Shown here one piece after another: positions 25,103-37,131 of a stretch of 64,000 nucleotides of DNA. The translations under genes were made by a program, and so were the position numbers. The stretch lies in NCBI GenBank assembly GCA_951406725.2, contig OX597821.1, positions 50,778,001-50,842,000 on the forward strand, written 5' to 3'. The notes under the pieces are model-generated. The model saw only the letters and a list, made by a program, of their open reading frames with translations, did not search any database and was not told the DNA's origin. The DNA comes from Octopus vulgaris. Lineage: Eukaryota. The first letter of the stretch is position 1. Every line of letters starts with the position of its first letter.

Positions 25103-25451
25103 ATGTATGTATGTATGTATGTATGTATGTATGTATGTATGTATGTATGTATGTATGTATGTATGTATGTATGCATGCATGCATGTCTGTCTGTCTGTAT
25201 GTATGTACGTATGTATGTATAAAGCAGATTATCACCGATAGGCTTAAAGTGTATCTTTAGATGGCATACAAAATACGGATTACAGAATAAAGAAAGAAGA
25301 AATTAAAACAAAGAAAAACTTATAGAAAAATTCTTCTTTTCTGTTTTGCTTTCATTTCTGTTTATTCTGTAATCTGTAGTTTGTGCTCTACTTTAATATA
25401 CATCTCAAGTCAACCGGTATTTATACGCCTTTATAAGGCGTATATTTTTAA

Positions 25452-25680
25452 GGCGGCGAGCTGGCAGGAACGTTAGCACGCCGGGCGAAATGCTTAGCGG
25501 TATTTCGTCTGCGTTACGTTGTGAGTTCGAATTCCGCCGAGGTTGACTTTGCCTTTCATCCTTTCGGGGTCGATAAATTAAGTACCAGTTACGCACTGGG
25601 GTCGATGTAATCGACTTAATACCTATGTCTGTCCTTGTTGTCCCCTCTGTGTTTAGCCCCTTGTGGGTAATAAAGAAATA
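25452..25680 (+). mobile_element. SINE family A, full length
   Basis: Complete head, core and TTTAGCCCCTTGTGGGTAATAAAGAAATA tail. Confidence 0.93.
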
Positions 25681-26314
25681 GGTATTTATACGCCTTTCTT
25701 CCTTTCCTCTATTTTTCTGACTCTGTATTTCTTTGTTTCTGTCTGTCTCTCCTCTCTCTGTATATATCATCGTAGTCTGAGTAGTCTGCTACGCAACCAC
25801 TAGCTCCGTGGTTCGATTCAACTTCGTTCTATCCGCAGCATGTATTATTTACATAACCACAGGTCGACCTATACATTGTGAGTGAAACTGGGCAGACTGA
25901 AACTCGTCGATAGAAGCTCGTCTAGCGCATTGTATCTGGAATTCAAACGACACAAACTTATTACACCCTGAGTCACAACGAGTCTGCCTCGAGAATTGCA
26001 TAAGGTGTTGATGCGTTTAATAGCCAGCCACATAAACGTTTATTCAGAACGTAATTCAATTGACCCGACAACTGAACCCTCATTGTCAAACGGAGATCCT
26101 CCATCACCACCACATCACTCCATCAGTTTCTGGCTTGAGACCCAAGCATGTCAGCCACTAATATGTAAATATTATGTCAACCAATGATGTGTAAAGGTTT
26201 GCCTGGCATCAAGGTCCTTGACTCTACTCGGGTTTTTGCCATGCAGTGGTTTTTGCCTGCATTCCTCCTTAGCGTATGGGAGGCTGGTTTGTTTATCTTC
26301 CATTTTTTAAAAAT

Positions 26315-26490
26315 ATTTTACTTGTTTCAATCACTTGAATGCGGCCATGCTGGGGCTCGGCCTTGAAGGATTTTAGTCGAACAAATCTACCCCTCACTGT
26401 GCATATTTCTTTATTGCTGAACCGCTAAGTTACGGGAAGTAAACACACCAACACCGGTTGTGGTGGACAAACATAAATCCAAGGACACAC
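26315..26490 (-). mobile_element. SINE family B, 3' half
   Basis: TTTTACTTGTTTCA...GCGGCCATGCTGG...GAACCGCTAAGTTACGGG. Confidence 0.75.
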
Positions 26491-27386
26491 ACACACAGAC
26501 CCACCCTCACACAAAAGAAACTAGAAGTTGAAAATGTACTGAGAATAGTAAAAATATGTTTTTATTATTATATTTAAAGATTTAACCGGTTTCACAAGTT
26601 ACACCGATTTTCAAAAAGTTGAAATAGAAAGACGTGGCTTATGTCGTAGCTGTCCTACATCTGACTAGTGTTTGAAGCTTGCCCTGCTTTTATAGGGAGT
26701 TCATGGCTCAAATTAGTATACATTTTGATTAAGATTTGATTGGTAGAGGATAGTCACATGACTAATCTTGGACGTTTTTGTAGCTTCCCCGCTACGTCCG
26801 TGTGTTAGCATCAAGTGACAATGTTAGGCATCGTAAGTTGAGGCTGACACGGTTGACTGAACATATTTTCGCACAGTACTAAACAACGAATGCTTTGAAT
26901 CTTTTCCATCATGTGTTTGTATAAAATGAACATGTGATTTAGTTAAGAACCCTTTTTACGTTTCCCGCTACGTCCGTGCGCTAGTGTCACGTGACAGTAC
27001 ATTTTGCGCCGAAAATGAGGGCCGACACGGTTGAGTGAACATGCTTAGTTTCAATCAAGGCCCTCTACATAAAAACGGCTCCTGTCTACTCTCTCACCTG
27101 GCAAATTAAGTTTCTCGAAGGTCATTGCATTTTTTGTCACTGAGTATCTTCATGTTTGAGAACCTGCTTTAACATTTACTCGTTTGCTTGCTTCAGGTAG
27201 GCAGTAAGTCCCATGGTTGCAATTTTCAATGGGAATTGAGATTCTATAATCATTTCGTGACAGCCTTCATTTCTCAGAAAAGCTATATCAGGGATTTCGG
27301 TCTATGTCTGCTTTTGTGAGGTGTATACGAGAAATTTTGATATCACCTCTAACTGTTTTAACTGTTGACGTTCAATTTAAATACTG

Positions 27387-27570
27387 ATTTCAAATTTTGC
27401 ACAAAGCCAGCAAATTCGGCGGCGGGGTAAGCCGATTACATCGATCCCAGTGTTCAACTGTTTCTTATTTTATCGACCTCGGCGCAATTTGAACTCAGAG
27501 CGCAAAGACGGACAAATTGCCGCTAAGCATTTGTCCGGCGTGCTAACGATTCTGCTACCTCACCGTCCGC
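27387..27570 (-). mobile_element. SINE family A
   Basis: Reverse-complement head (CCGGCGTGCTAACGATTCTGC) and tail. Confidence 0.82.
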
Positions 27571-28114
27571 GTTCAATTTAAATATCAACCACATTTCTAT
27601 CGTTTAAACACCGTCAAAGATTATGGTCGTATTCCTGCCCCTGTAAATTTGCTGCATTTACTGGAAATAGCTTGTGTTTAACTCAATATGGAGTTAAATC
27701 CCTCTTACATTCGGAATATTATAATAGTTAAAGGATAAATCCGGTCTGTAGTAATGTTTTGTATATAGTAATGCTCTGACTACAATACTGTCTTGTTTAT
27801 AGTAGCACTTTGTGCCTTGCCTATAGTTAGGTATTATCAACAGCGTCTCGTTGCAAATAAAAGTATCATGTCTATAGTAGTGCCTATACTATAGCCTGTT
27901 TATGCTATACTATAGCCTATACTATAGCCTGTTTATAAGATACATACATGCACACACGCACATATATATATACATACATATATTATATACATATACATAC
28001 AATATTTTGTGTATTGTTGAATTATGACCAATTTATTATACATAAATTTTAACAACTAAATCTTATGTGGACCCCTAAACGTCATGTGGACCCCTGTTGA
28101 GAAACACTTGTTAT

Positions 28115-28158
28115 ATACATATGTGTGTGTGTGTATTTATCAATGTATATAATGTATG

Positions 28159-28227
<69 letters not shown>

Positions 28228-28384
28228 ATGTATCTATGGATATAATATATGTATATATACATATATATTTACATATATACATTGTAGTATGCATATATAT
28301 ATGTGCGTATATATATATAGTACATATATATATATATCATATATATACACATACATACATACGCACACATTTATATACACATGC

Positions 28385-28415
<31 letters not shown>

Positions 28416-28510
28416 TGTATGTATGTATGTATGTATGTATGTATGTATGTATGTATGTTTGTATGTATGTATGTATGTATGTATGTATGTATGTATGTAC
28501 ACACACAGAA
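28115..28510. repeat. Compound microsatellite
   Basis: (TA)n, (TG)n, (TATG)n. Confidence 0.93.
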
Positions 28511-29169
28511 ACACAAATACACACGAACATATAAACCCTTGTACTTCTACCAACTTTAATCAGACAAGTCGACCATTCCTTTCTTCTAGCTAGAATTTCT
28601 CATCCCACGTTCGTTACGTGAACATTTATATTCCTGCACTATGGAAGATAGCAACGAGGAATCGAACCTGTTGGATTTCAGACGCAAAAACTGAGATAAC
28701 GAAACTAAATGCAACACAGTTTTTATACATATTAGATAACAATAGCGCCCTCTTCTTACATAAAATTTTACTCTTTGAATTTAGAATAAAAAGTGTCATT
28801 GTTAAGTACCTAGCCAGCGTACCAACCTTGACTGTCTCACAGTTTTGAATATCTAAAACTACATTATCTAATATCTTTTCTTTTTTAAGATAGCAGGATA
28901 TTAAGAATGGGAATTTTGTGACTAATTTAACTGAACACAGCTTGTGAAGGTAGCTTTTTGTCTCCTTTCCATAGATGATGCTACTAGCTTAGACAAGTGA
29001 ATTAGCACCATTTATTTCAATGGTAGACGCAAGTCTATGTGTTGTAGGGGAAATAACTCCATCAAATTCTTCACTGTATATTTACCTTGTCTCCCTGAAA
29101 AAAATTTCATTTATCGATAACATTTCTTTTGCACTAGAATTCATAAGAGCAAGCAAACGAACATACAAA

Positions 29170-29259
29170 CATATATATATGCATGCATGCATGCATGTAT
29201 GTATGTATGTATGTATGTATGTATGTATGTATGTATGTATGTATGTATGTATGTATGTA

Positions 29260-29294
<35 letters not shown>

Positions 29295-29347
29295 ATGTAT
29301 GTATGTATGTTTGTATGTATGTATGTATGTATGTATGTATGTATGTA

Positions 29348-29380
<33 letters not shown>

Positions 29381-29692
29381 ATGTATGTTTGTATGTATGT
29401 ATGTATGTAAGTATGTATGTATGTATGTATGTATGTGTGTGTGTATGTATGTATGTATGCTTGTGTGTATGTTTGTTTGTATGTATATATGTATGTATGT
29501 ATGTATGCTTGTATGTATGTATGTATGTATGTATGTTTGTATCTATATATACACATATTTATATATATATGCATATATATATCTATATACACACACATAT
29601 ACATACATATACATATACATACATATACATATACATACATATACATATACATACATATACATATACATACATATACTTATATATATATATGT
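29170..29692. repeat. (TATG)n / (CATATA)n microsatellite
   Basis: Tandem repeats. Confidence 0.93.
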
Positions 29693-30151
29693 ATCGCTAC
29701 TTCACTAGAAGCAATACTGGAAAAATCCCCGGATGCAGTAAAGGCGGTGCACCAGCATGGCCTCAGCCTCTGGCTGAAACTCATAAAGGAAATAAAAGAA
29801 ATGTTGGTATTATTCCATATAAGGCAATAGCTTAGATTACATATACCTATATACATACATACACACACACACATACACACATACTCACACACATGTATAT
29901 ATGTATATATAACTGTTGGTAGTATTTGCACTTGTTTAAGAATGCGGTTATGTGAAAGGACGAATTCAACATTATTAAGTAGAGTGTTAAGTTTTCCACT
30001 TCAGTAGAGTCGAAAAAAAATGTATTTTCAGAACTGAGTCTGAATGAGTCGCTATTCAGAGTCTTTTGCTCCTGATGCATATATTTAATAAATCAAAGTG
30101 AAAGTTAAACATTGTTATTTCTTTAGCATATCATGATTATATGATTATAAA

Positions 30152-30547
30152 GGCGCAGGCATGGCTGTGTGGTAAGAATCTTGCTTCCAGACCACATGGT
30201 TCCGGGTTCAGTCCCACTGCGTGGCACCTTGGGCAAGTGTCTTCTACTATAGCCTCGGGCCGACCAGGGCCTTGTGAGTGGATTTGGTAGACATAAACTG
30301 AAAGAAGCCCGTCGCGTGTAAACATATATATATATATATATATATATTCTCTCTGTATTTGTTTCAGTCATTTGATTGTAGCCATGCTGGAGCACTGCTT
30401 TTAGTCGAGCAAATCGATCCCCAAGACTTATTCTTTGTAAGTTTCGTACTTATTCTATCGGTCTCTTTTGCCGAAAGTTACGGGGACGTAAACGCACCAG
30501 CATTGGTTGTCAAGCGATGATGGGGGGCAAACACAGACACACACACA

Positions 30548-30622
<75 letters not shown>

Positions 30623-31082
30623 TATATATATATATATATACATACGACGGTCTTCTTTCAGTTTCCGTCTGCCATATCCACTTACAAGGCTTTGATCGGC
30701 CCAAGGCTATGGCAGAAGACACTTGCCCAAGATGCCACGCAATGGAACTGAACCCAGAATGATGTGGTTTGTAAGCAAGCTACATACAACACAGCCATCT
30801 TGCGCCTCTCTCTCTCCCTCTCTCTCTTCCCCCTCTCTCTCATCCCCTTCTCTCTCTCTATATATATGTCTGTGTGACGTTGTGTCTGTGTTGTCCACGA
30901 TCGCTTGACAACCGCTGTTGGTGTGTTTATGTATCTATAAATTAGCGGGTCGGCAAAGGGACTGATAGAATAAGTACTAGGCTTTAAAAAATGAGTCCTG
31001 GGGTCGAATTGTTCGACAAAAACATTTGAAGGCGGTGCTCCTCTATGGCTGCAGTCAAATGACTGAAAGCAAATAAAAGAGT
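30152..31082 (+). mobile_element. SINE family B (+) interrupted by a full-length family B copy (-) at ~30350-30800
   Basis: + head 30152-30315, + tail ~30880-31082, opposite-strand complete copy between them. Confidence 0.82.
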
Positions 31083-32266
31083 AGTCGACTTCGGCGGAAT
31101 TTGAACTCAGAATGTAGCGACAGACGAAATAACACTAAGCATTTCGCCCGGCATGCTACCGATTCTGCCAGCTCAGCGCCTTAATAGCTGACGATATGTG
31201 TATCTCTGACCATGAGCAGAATTAGTTAGGGAGCATCAAAGCCATGTGTTGAAAAGAGTTCTTTGGGGTTTGAATAATTCAACTCCGGAAACATGGGTGT
31301 TTTGTTCATCATCCTTAAAACAAACCTTTTTCAGGGACCATTTGAGTGGGATGGACTACTCGACCTGAAGAAAATTCTAACTGGGCCCCTCGGAAAGGTC
31401 ATGAGATCACCATGTCGCGCACATGTGGTTGTGATGCATGTGTCTAGTGTATCCTTATCAGATGTGTCGTCATGATGGATATATTGGGTTTCGTATATTT
31501 GTACCCCAGTGTCACTTTGGTGGCATGCACTGTTCTCTCATTCAACAACAACAACAATGGTTTCAAATTTTGCCACAAGGGCAGTAATTTCTTTTTGTGG
31601 GGGAGTGGATGAGTCGATTACATCGATCACAGTTCGTAATTAGTACTTATTTAATCGACCCCGAAATGATGAATGGCAAAGCAGACCTCGGTGGAATTTG
31701 AACTCAGAACGTAGCGAAGGGTGAAATACTGTTAAGCATGTCGTCCAGCGTGCCAGCGATTCTGTCAGCTCACCGCCTTAAATAATAATAATAATATCAA
31801 CAACAATGATAATAATCTTTTCTACTGTAGGCACAAGGCCTGAAATTTAGGGGGAGGGGTAAGTCTATCACATCGACCCCAGTACGCAACTGGTACTTAA
31901 TTTATCGACCTCGAAAGGATGAAAAGCAAAGTGGACCTCGGTGGAATTTGAACTCAGAACATAAAGAGAGATGAAATGCCGCTGAGCATTTCACCCAGCA
32001 TGCTAACTGTTCTGCCAGCTCGCCGCTTTAAACTACAATAATATTAACAACAACAACCACAATAATTATTTCTACTGGAGGCACAAGGCCGCACATTTCT
32101 GGGGTGGAGACTAGTCGATTATATCGATCCCAGTGTTTCACTGGTACTTAATTTATCGATACCGAAGGATGAAAGGCAAAGCCGACCACGCCGGAATTTG
32201 AATACAGAACGTACCGACGGACGATATGTTACTAATCTTTTCATCCAGCGCGCTAACGATTCAGCC
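31083..32266 (-). mobile_element. Cluster of four family A SINEs (-) separated by (AAT/AAC)n
   Basis: Copies at ~31083-31181, 31559-31778, 31817-32028 and 32068-32266. Confidence 0.88.
31186..31543 (+). mobile_element. TAA-associated retroposon (same family as 62571-63124), 5'-truncated
   Basis: GCTGACGATATGTG...CCCCAGTGTCACTTTGGTGGCATGC match. Confidence 0.85.
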
Positions 32267-32924
32267 AATCAAAACCAACATGCGAATGCCGCAAAAATGG
32301 TCTCCTCTTTGGAACAACTCTTATTATGAGAAAAGGTGTTTTGTATTAGAGCCTTTTGTTGAAGCTTGTAAGCACGAAGAAAAAAAGAAAGAAAAAGAAA
32401 CAAAATAAAAAAAAAATACAAATACGAAGTTATAAGAATAAGGAGGACGATGATGATAATGATAGCAGATGTTGCGGCCGGTGTGTCTGTGGCAGTGATT
32501 ATTGCGATTAGACACAGAATAAAATATACTAATATCAGATAAATATGAAAAAAAAAAAAAAAAAATTATAAAAATAAATAGATAAATTGATAAATAAATC
32601 TTAAAAACAGAAGAAAATTTATTTGAAATGAGAGAAACATCGGTGAAGTGTGGAATAAGAAGATGACAAGAAAATTCTGTGAAATAAATATGCGTGAAAA
32701 ATCGTTAGATTGACGTATGGCATTAAATGAATCCTGTTGTGGTAATATGGTCTTGTTAAACGGTATATTGATATATCTTTTATAAACAAATTTGGTTTCC
32801 ATTTTGATTGGTGCCAATCTGGGTTAACTGTAGCAACAATTATATTAAAAGAGAGTGATATGACAACAATAACAAACTGTGGCTATCAATAATAGACAAT
32901 AAGAATAAGAAAATCAATACCAAA

Positions 32925-32934
32925 GATGATGATG

Positions 32935-32997
<63 letters not shown>

Positions 32998-33114
32998 TCA
33001 TTATTATTATTATTATTATTATTAATAATAATATTATTATTATTATTATTAATAACAATAATAATGATAATAATATTAATAATAATAATAGTAATGATAA
33101 CAATAATAATAATA
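32925..33114. repeat. (TAA)n/(TTA)n microsatellite
   Basis: Mixed-orientation trinucleotide repeat. Confidence 0.93.
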
Positions 33115-33577
33115 ATACTCTGGGATATGCCGATACACACAGATAGAGAAATTAAGGCCAACAGACCAGATATAGTTGTCAGAGATCATGAAGAAAAAAA
33201 ATGCTTTCTAATTGATGTATCAATACCGGCTGATGACAACGTATCTCTAAAAGAAATGGAGAAACTCTCAAAATACAAAGACCTGGAAATAGAGGTAACT
33301 AGAATGTGGAATCTGAAAACAGAAACAATTCCTATCATAGTAGGTGCATTAGGCATGATAAAAAAATATTCAGACAAAGACATAACATACACACCAGGAC
33401 TTACAAACACATATAACATACAGAAAATTGCACTACTAGGCACTGCACACATCCTACACGGAACACTTTCCATACAATAACCATCAGAGCATCACAACAA
33501 ATCACAGCACATACCCAAGGCACACAGAGCTGCGCTCGGTAGTGAAGTGAAAGCACGCTATAAAAATAAAGCTACTG
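33115..33577 (+). mobile_element. R4/Dong LINE 3' end (REL endonuclease C-terminus and 3' UTR)
   Basis: ILWDMPIHTDREIKANRPDIVV...LIDVSIP...KLSKYKDL; flanked by (TAA)n; near-identical to 34829-35297. Confidence 0.93.
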
Positions 33578-33595
33578 AATAATAATAATAACAAT

Positions 33596-34197
33596 GGTTT
33601 CGAATTTTGACACAGGGGTAGAAGTTTTGTTGGAGGGTATGAGTCGATTAGATCAACCGCAGTGTTCAACTGGTACTTAGTTTAACGATCTCAAAGTATG
33701 AAAGGTAAAGTCAACCTCGGCGTAATTTGAACTCAGAACGTAGCAACGGGCGAAATACCGCAATAATGATAATAATGATTTCAGATTTTACCACAAGGGC
33801 AGCCATTTTAGGGGACGAGATAAGTCGATTATATCGACCCCAGTGTTTCACTGGTACTTAATTTATCGAAGGATGAAAGGCAAAATCGCAATTTGAACTC
33901 AGCGCGTAAAGATGGGCAAAATACTGCTAAGCATTTTGCCCGAAGTATTAGTGAATCTGCCAGCTCGCCACCTTAGTAGTAATAATAATAATGGTTTCAA
34001 ATTTTGCCACAGGGCAGCCATTTTAGGGTAGGGTAGAGGACTAAGCGATTATATTGACCCCAGTGTTTCACTAGTACTTAATTTATTGACCCCGAAAGGA
34101 TGAAAGGTAAAGTCGACTTCGGCGGAATTTGAACTCAGAACGTAACGACGTAAGCATTTTGCCCGGCGTGCAAACAATTTTGCCAGCTCGCTGCCTC
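33596..34197 (-). mobile_element. Three family A SINEs (-) in TAA-rich spacers
   Basis: Copies at ~33596-33760, 33778-33974 and 33993-34197. Confidence 0.85.
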
Positions 34198-34269
<72 letters not shown>

Positions 34270-34278
34270 TGTAATAAT

Positions 34279-34368
<90 letters not shown>

Positions 34369-34372
34369 AAAA

Positions 34373-35294
34373 AAAAAAATGAAATCCAAACTAAAAATAG
34401 AACAGCAACGAACCATGATAAAACGATGGCAAGAAAAGCCCCTTCATGGTAAATACTGGACTAAACTAAACGCAAAAGAAATAGACAAAGAAAAATCCCA
34501 GCAATGGTTGAGAAGCTCAGGACTCAAAGCAGAAACAGAGGGATTTTTAATTGCAGCACAAGACCAAAGCCTCCCCACCAGAAATTACCAAAAACATGTA
34601 ATGAAAAGAAATATTACAAGTAACTGCAGAATATGTGGAGATGGACAAGAAACAATAAATCATATTATTTCTAGCTGCCCAGTCCTGGCTAAGAAGGAAT
34701 ATATTCACAGACATGACAGAGTTGGAACTTACATACATTGGAAGCTATGCCAACATTATGGAATAACAACAGAAAAAAGATGGTATAGGCACACACCAGA
34801 AAAGGTCACAGAAAACGAGAAAGCAACCATACTCTGGGATATGCCGATACACACAGATAGAGAAATTAAGGCCAACAGACCAGATACAGTTGTCAGAGAC
34901 CATGAAGAAAAAAAATGCTTTCTAATTGATGTATCAATACCGGCAGATGACAACGTGTCTCTAAAAGAAATGGAGAAACTCTCAAAATACAAAGACCTGG
35001 AAATAGAGGTAACTAGAATGTGGAATCTGAAAACAGAAACAATTCCTATCATAGTAGGTGCATTAGGCATGATAAAAAAATATTCAGACAAATACATAAC
35101 AAAAACACCAGGACTTACAAACACATATAACATACAGAAAATTGCACTACTAGGCACTGCACACATCCTACGCAGAACACTTTCCATACAATAACCATCA
35201 GAGCATCACAACAAATCACAGCACATACCCAAGGCACACAGAGCTGCGCTCGGTAGTGAAGTGAAAGCACGCTATAAAAATAAAAATAAAACTA

Positions 35295-35297
<3 letters not shown>
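34373..35297 (+). mobile_element. Young 5'-truncated R4/Dong LINE
   Basis: Flanked by (TAA)n; open ORF 34379..35194; ~100-nt 3' UTR. Confidence 0.95.
34379..35194 (+). CDS. R4/Dong ORF C-terminal fragment: CCHC zinc knuckle and REL endonuclease
   Basis: CRICGDGQETINHIISSC, YIHRHD, RPD..., LIDV, KLSKYKDL; uninterrupted 271 aa but no RT domain. Confidence 0.85.
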   Translation: MKSKLKIEQQRTMIKRWQEKPLHGKYWTKLNAKEIDKEKSQQWLRSSGLKAETEGFLIAAQDQSLPTRNYQKHVMKRNITSNCRICGDGQETINHIISSCPVLAKKEYIHRHDRVGTYIHWKLCQHYGITTEKRWYRHTPEKVTENEKATILWDMPIHTDREIKANRPDTVVRDHEEKKCFLIDVSIPADDNVSLKEMEKLSKYKDLEIEVTRMWNLKTETIPIIVGALGMIKKYSDKYITKTPGLTNTYNIQKIALLGTAHILRRTLSIQ

Positions 35298-35328
<31 letters not shown>

Positions 35329-35329
<1 letters not shown>

Positions 35330-35505
35330 GGCCTACAATTTCTAGGGAGGGGGATATTTGAATCACATTGACCCCAGTACTTGACTAGTACTCAATTCAT
35401 CAACCCTCAAAAGAATGAAAAAGTAAAGTTGACCACGGTGGAATTTGAACTCAGAACGTAGAGACAGACGAGACAGACGAAATGCCGCTAAACGTTTCGC
35501 CGCCT
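35329..35505 (-). mobile_element. SINE family A, decayed
   Basis: GAATTTGAACTCAGAACGTA, GACGAAATGCCGCTAA. Confidence 0.75.
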
Positions 35506-35513
35506 TAATAATA

Positions 35514-35604
<91 letters not shown>

Positions 35605-35624
35605 TAATAATAATAATGGTTGCA

Positions 35625-36005
35625 CAGATACAACAACAAGCAATGGCTCTCATAGGTTCTACTCCTAACTGACTGGAAGTGTTAACAAGTACATGTTTTA
35701 TGTGTATAGCATGGGCTACAGCAAATATTCTGTTCAGCACAGCAGATTTGCTTGTCATTTACTTTACCTCAACCAGTAGAGCATGTCCCTTAGTGGCTGA
35801 CGATATATGCATCGGAGTAGTGGAGAAGTATCATTGCTGTGTGTTGAGAGGAATTCTTTGGAATTTGAATAATTCACCGCTGAAAACACATATTTCGTTC
35901 ATCTTGCTTAAACTACCTGAAAACAAATTTCTAATTGGGCTCCACCTGCAAGGTCATGTGCTGTTTTTCTTGATATGGAGTCACTATGTCGCGTACATTT
36001 AGTTG
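35625..36005 (+). mobile_element. TAA-associated retroposon (62571-63124 family), decayed
   Basis: GGCTCTCAT..., GGGCTACAGCAAATATTCTG, GGCTCCACCTGCAAGGTCATGTG; follows (TAA)n. Confidence 0.82.
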
Positions 36006-36635
36006 TATGGCAAGTAACTTTGGAAGCATACTTTAGCTACAACGTGTAATATAAGGAAATATGGCATAAACACAATAATTATAATTTAAATTATATCAAA
36101 TATCTTGGTACTTATTCAAAATGGTGACATGAATATTAATTTCTCCCTCTTTAATACACACACATAGACACACACACATTCATACACATAAATATACATA
36201 CATATACATATGCATGTACACATGCATACATACATACATACATACATACATACATACATACATACATACATACATACATACATGCATGCATGCATATATA
36301 TATATATGTTTGTGTGTTCGTTCGCTTGCTCTTGTGAATTCACTGGAATTTCAACATGAACAACAGGATGTTTTTGTATGTATGTATGTATGTATGTATG
36401 TATGTATGTATGTATGTATGTATGTATGTATGTATGTGTATATGGACATTTTTATGCGTATAAATATATGTGTGTGTGTTTGTGTATTAAAGAGAGAGAA
36501 ATTAATATTCATGCCATCGTTTTGTATAAGTACCAAGATATTTGATACAATTAAAATTATAATTATTGTGTTTATGCCATATTTCCTCATATTACCCACT
36601 GTAGCAAAAGTATACTTCGAAAGTTACCCGCCATA
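36005..36635. repeat. Long inverted repeat enclosing microsatellites
   Basis: ~36005-36160 inverted against ~36480-36635, continuing inward as (CATA)n against (TATG)n. Confidence 0.85.
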
Positions 36636-36897
36636 TTACGGGTAACTCATCAGTTTCTTTATTAATAAGTCTTCAGTGTTATTGTTGTTCTCACTCTCCT
36701 ACTTAAAGTCTCGCCTCTGTTTCGTATTCGTTGTTTGCCTAACGTCTTTCGTTTTTGTATCGTTTTAATTACCCTAGCCCCTGGCGGTGAATAAAGGGAA
36801 TTATTATAGCCACGTGACCAAAATACAATGCTCAGGAGTACGAAAGTGTCCCTGGTAGTAAAATGTCTCTTATATATATATATATATATATATATAT

Positions 36898-37100
36898 ACC
36901 GGAGTAAACACATAAATGTGAAACAAGGTGGAAAAAAGAGTACTCAAATACCAGTGGTAGAGTAATATGCTTTATTTAAAGCAGCAGAAAATTCAACAAA
37001 ATCTGTTACTCTGAGTTTCTCGTTGCCGTTCATCAGATGAACGGCAACGAGAAACTCAGAGTAACAGATTTTGTTGAATTTTCTGCTGCTTTAAATAAAG
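36898..37100 (-). mobile_element. Penelope-like terminal repeat with HHR core and perfect 65-bp palindrome
   Basis: Arms 36970-37034 and 37036-37100; minus strand CUGAUGA-ACGGCAACGA-GAAAC-UCAGA-GUA; left part recurs inverted at 41311-41388. Confidence 0.72.

Positions 37101-37129
<29 letters not shown>

Positions 37130-37131
<2 letters not shown>

Noticed and set aside
25452-25540. tRNA gene
   Set aside because: tRNA-derived SINE head; no complete cloverleaf and it continues into the SINE core.
26578-26620. Minus-strand UUGAAAA...GAAACCGGUU HHR-like
   Set aside because: Stems too weak to distinguish from chance.
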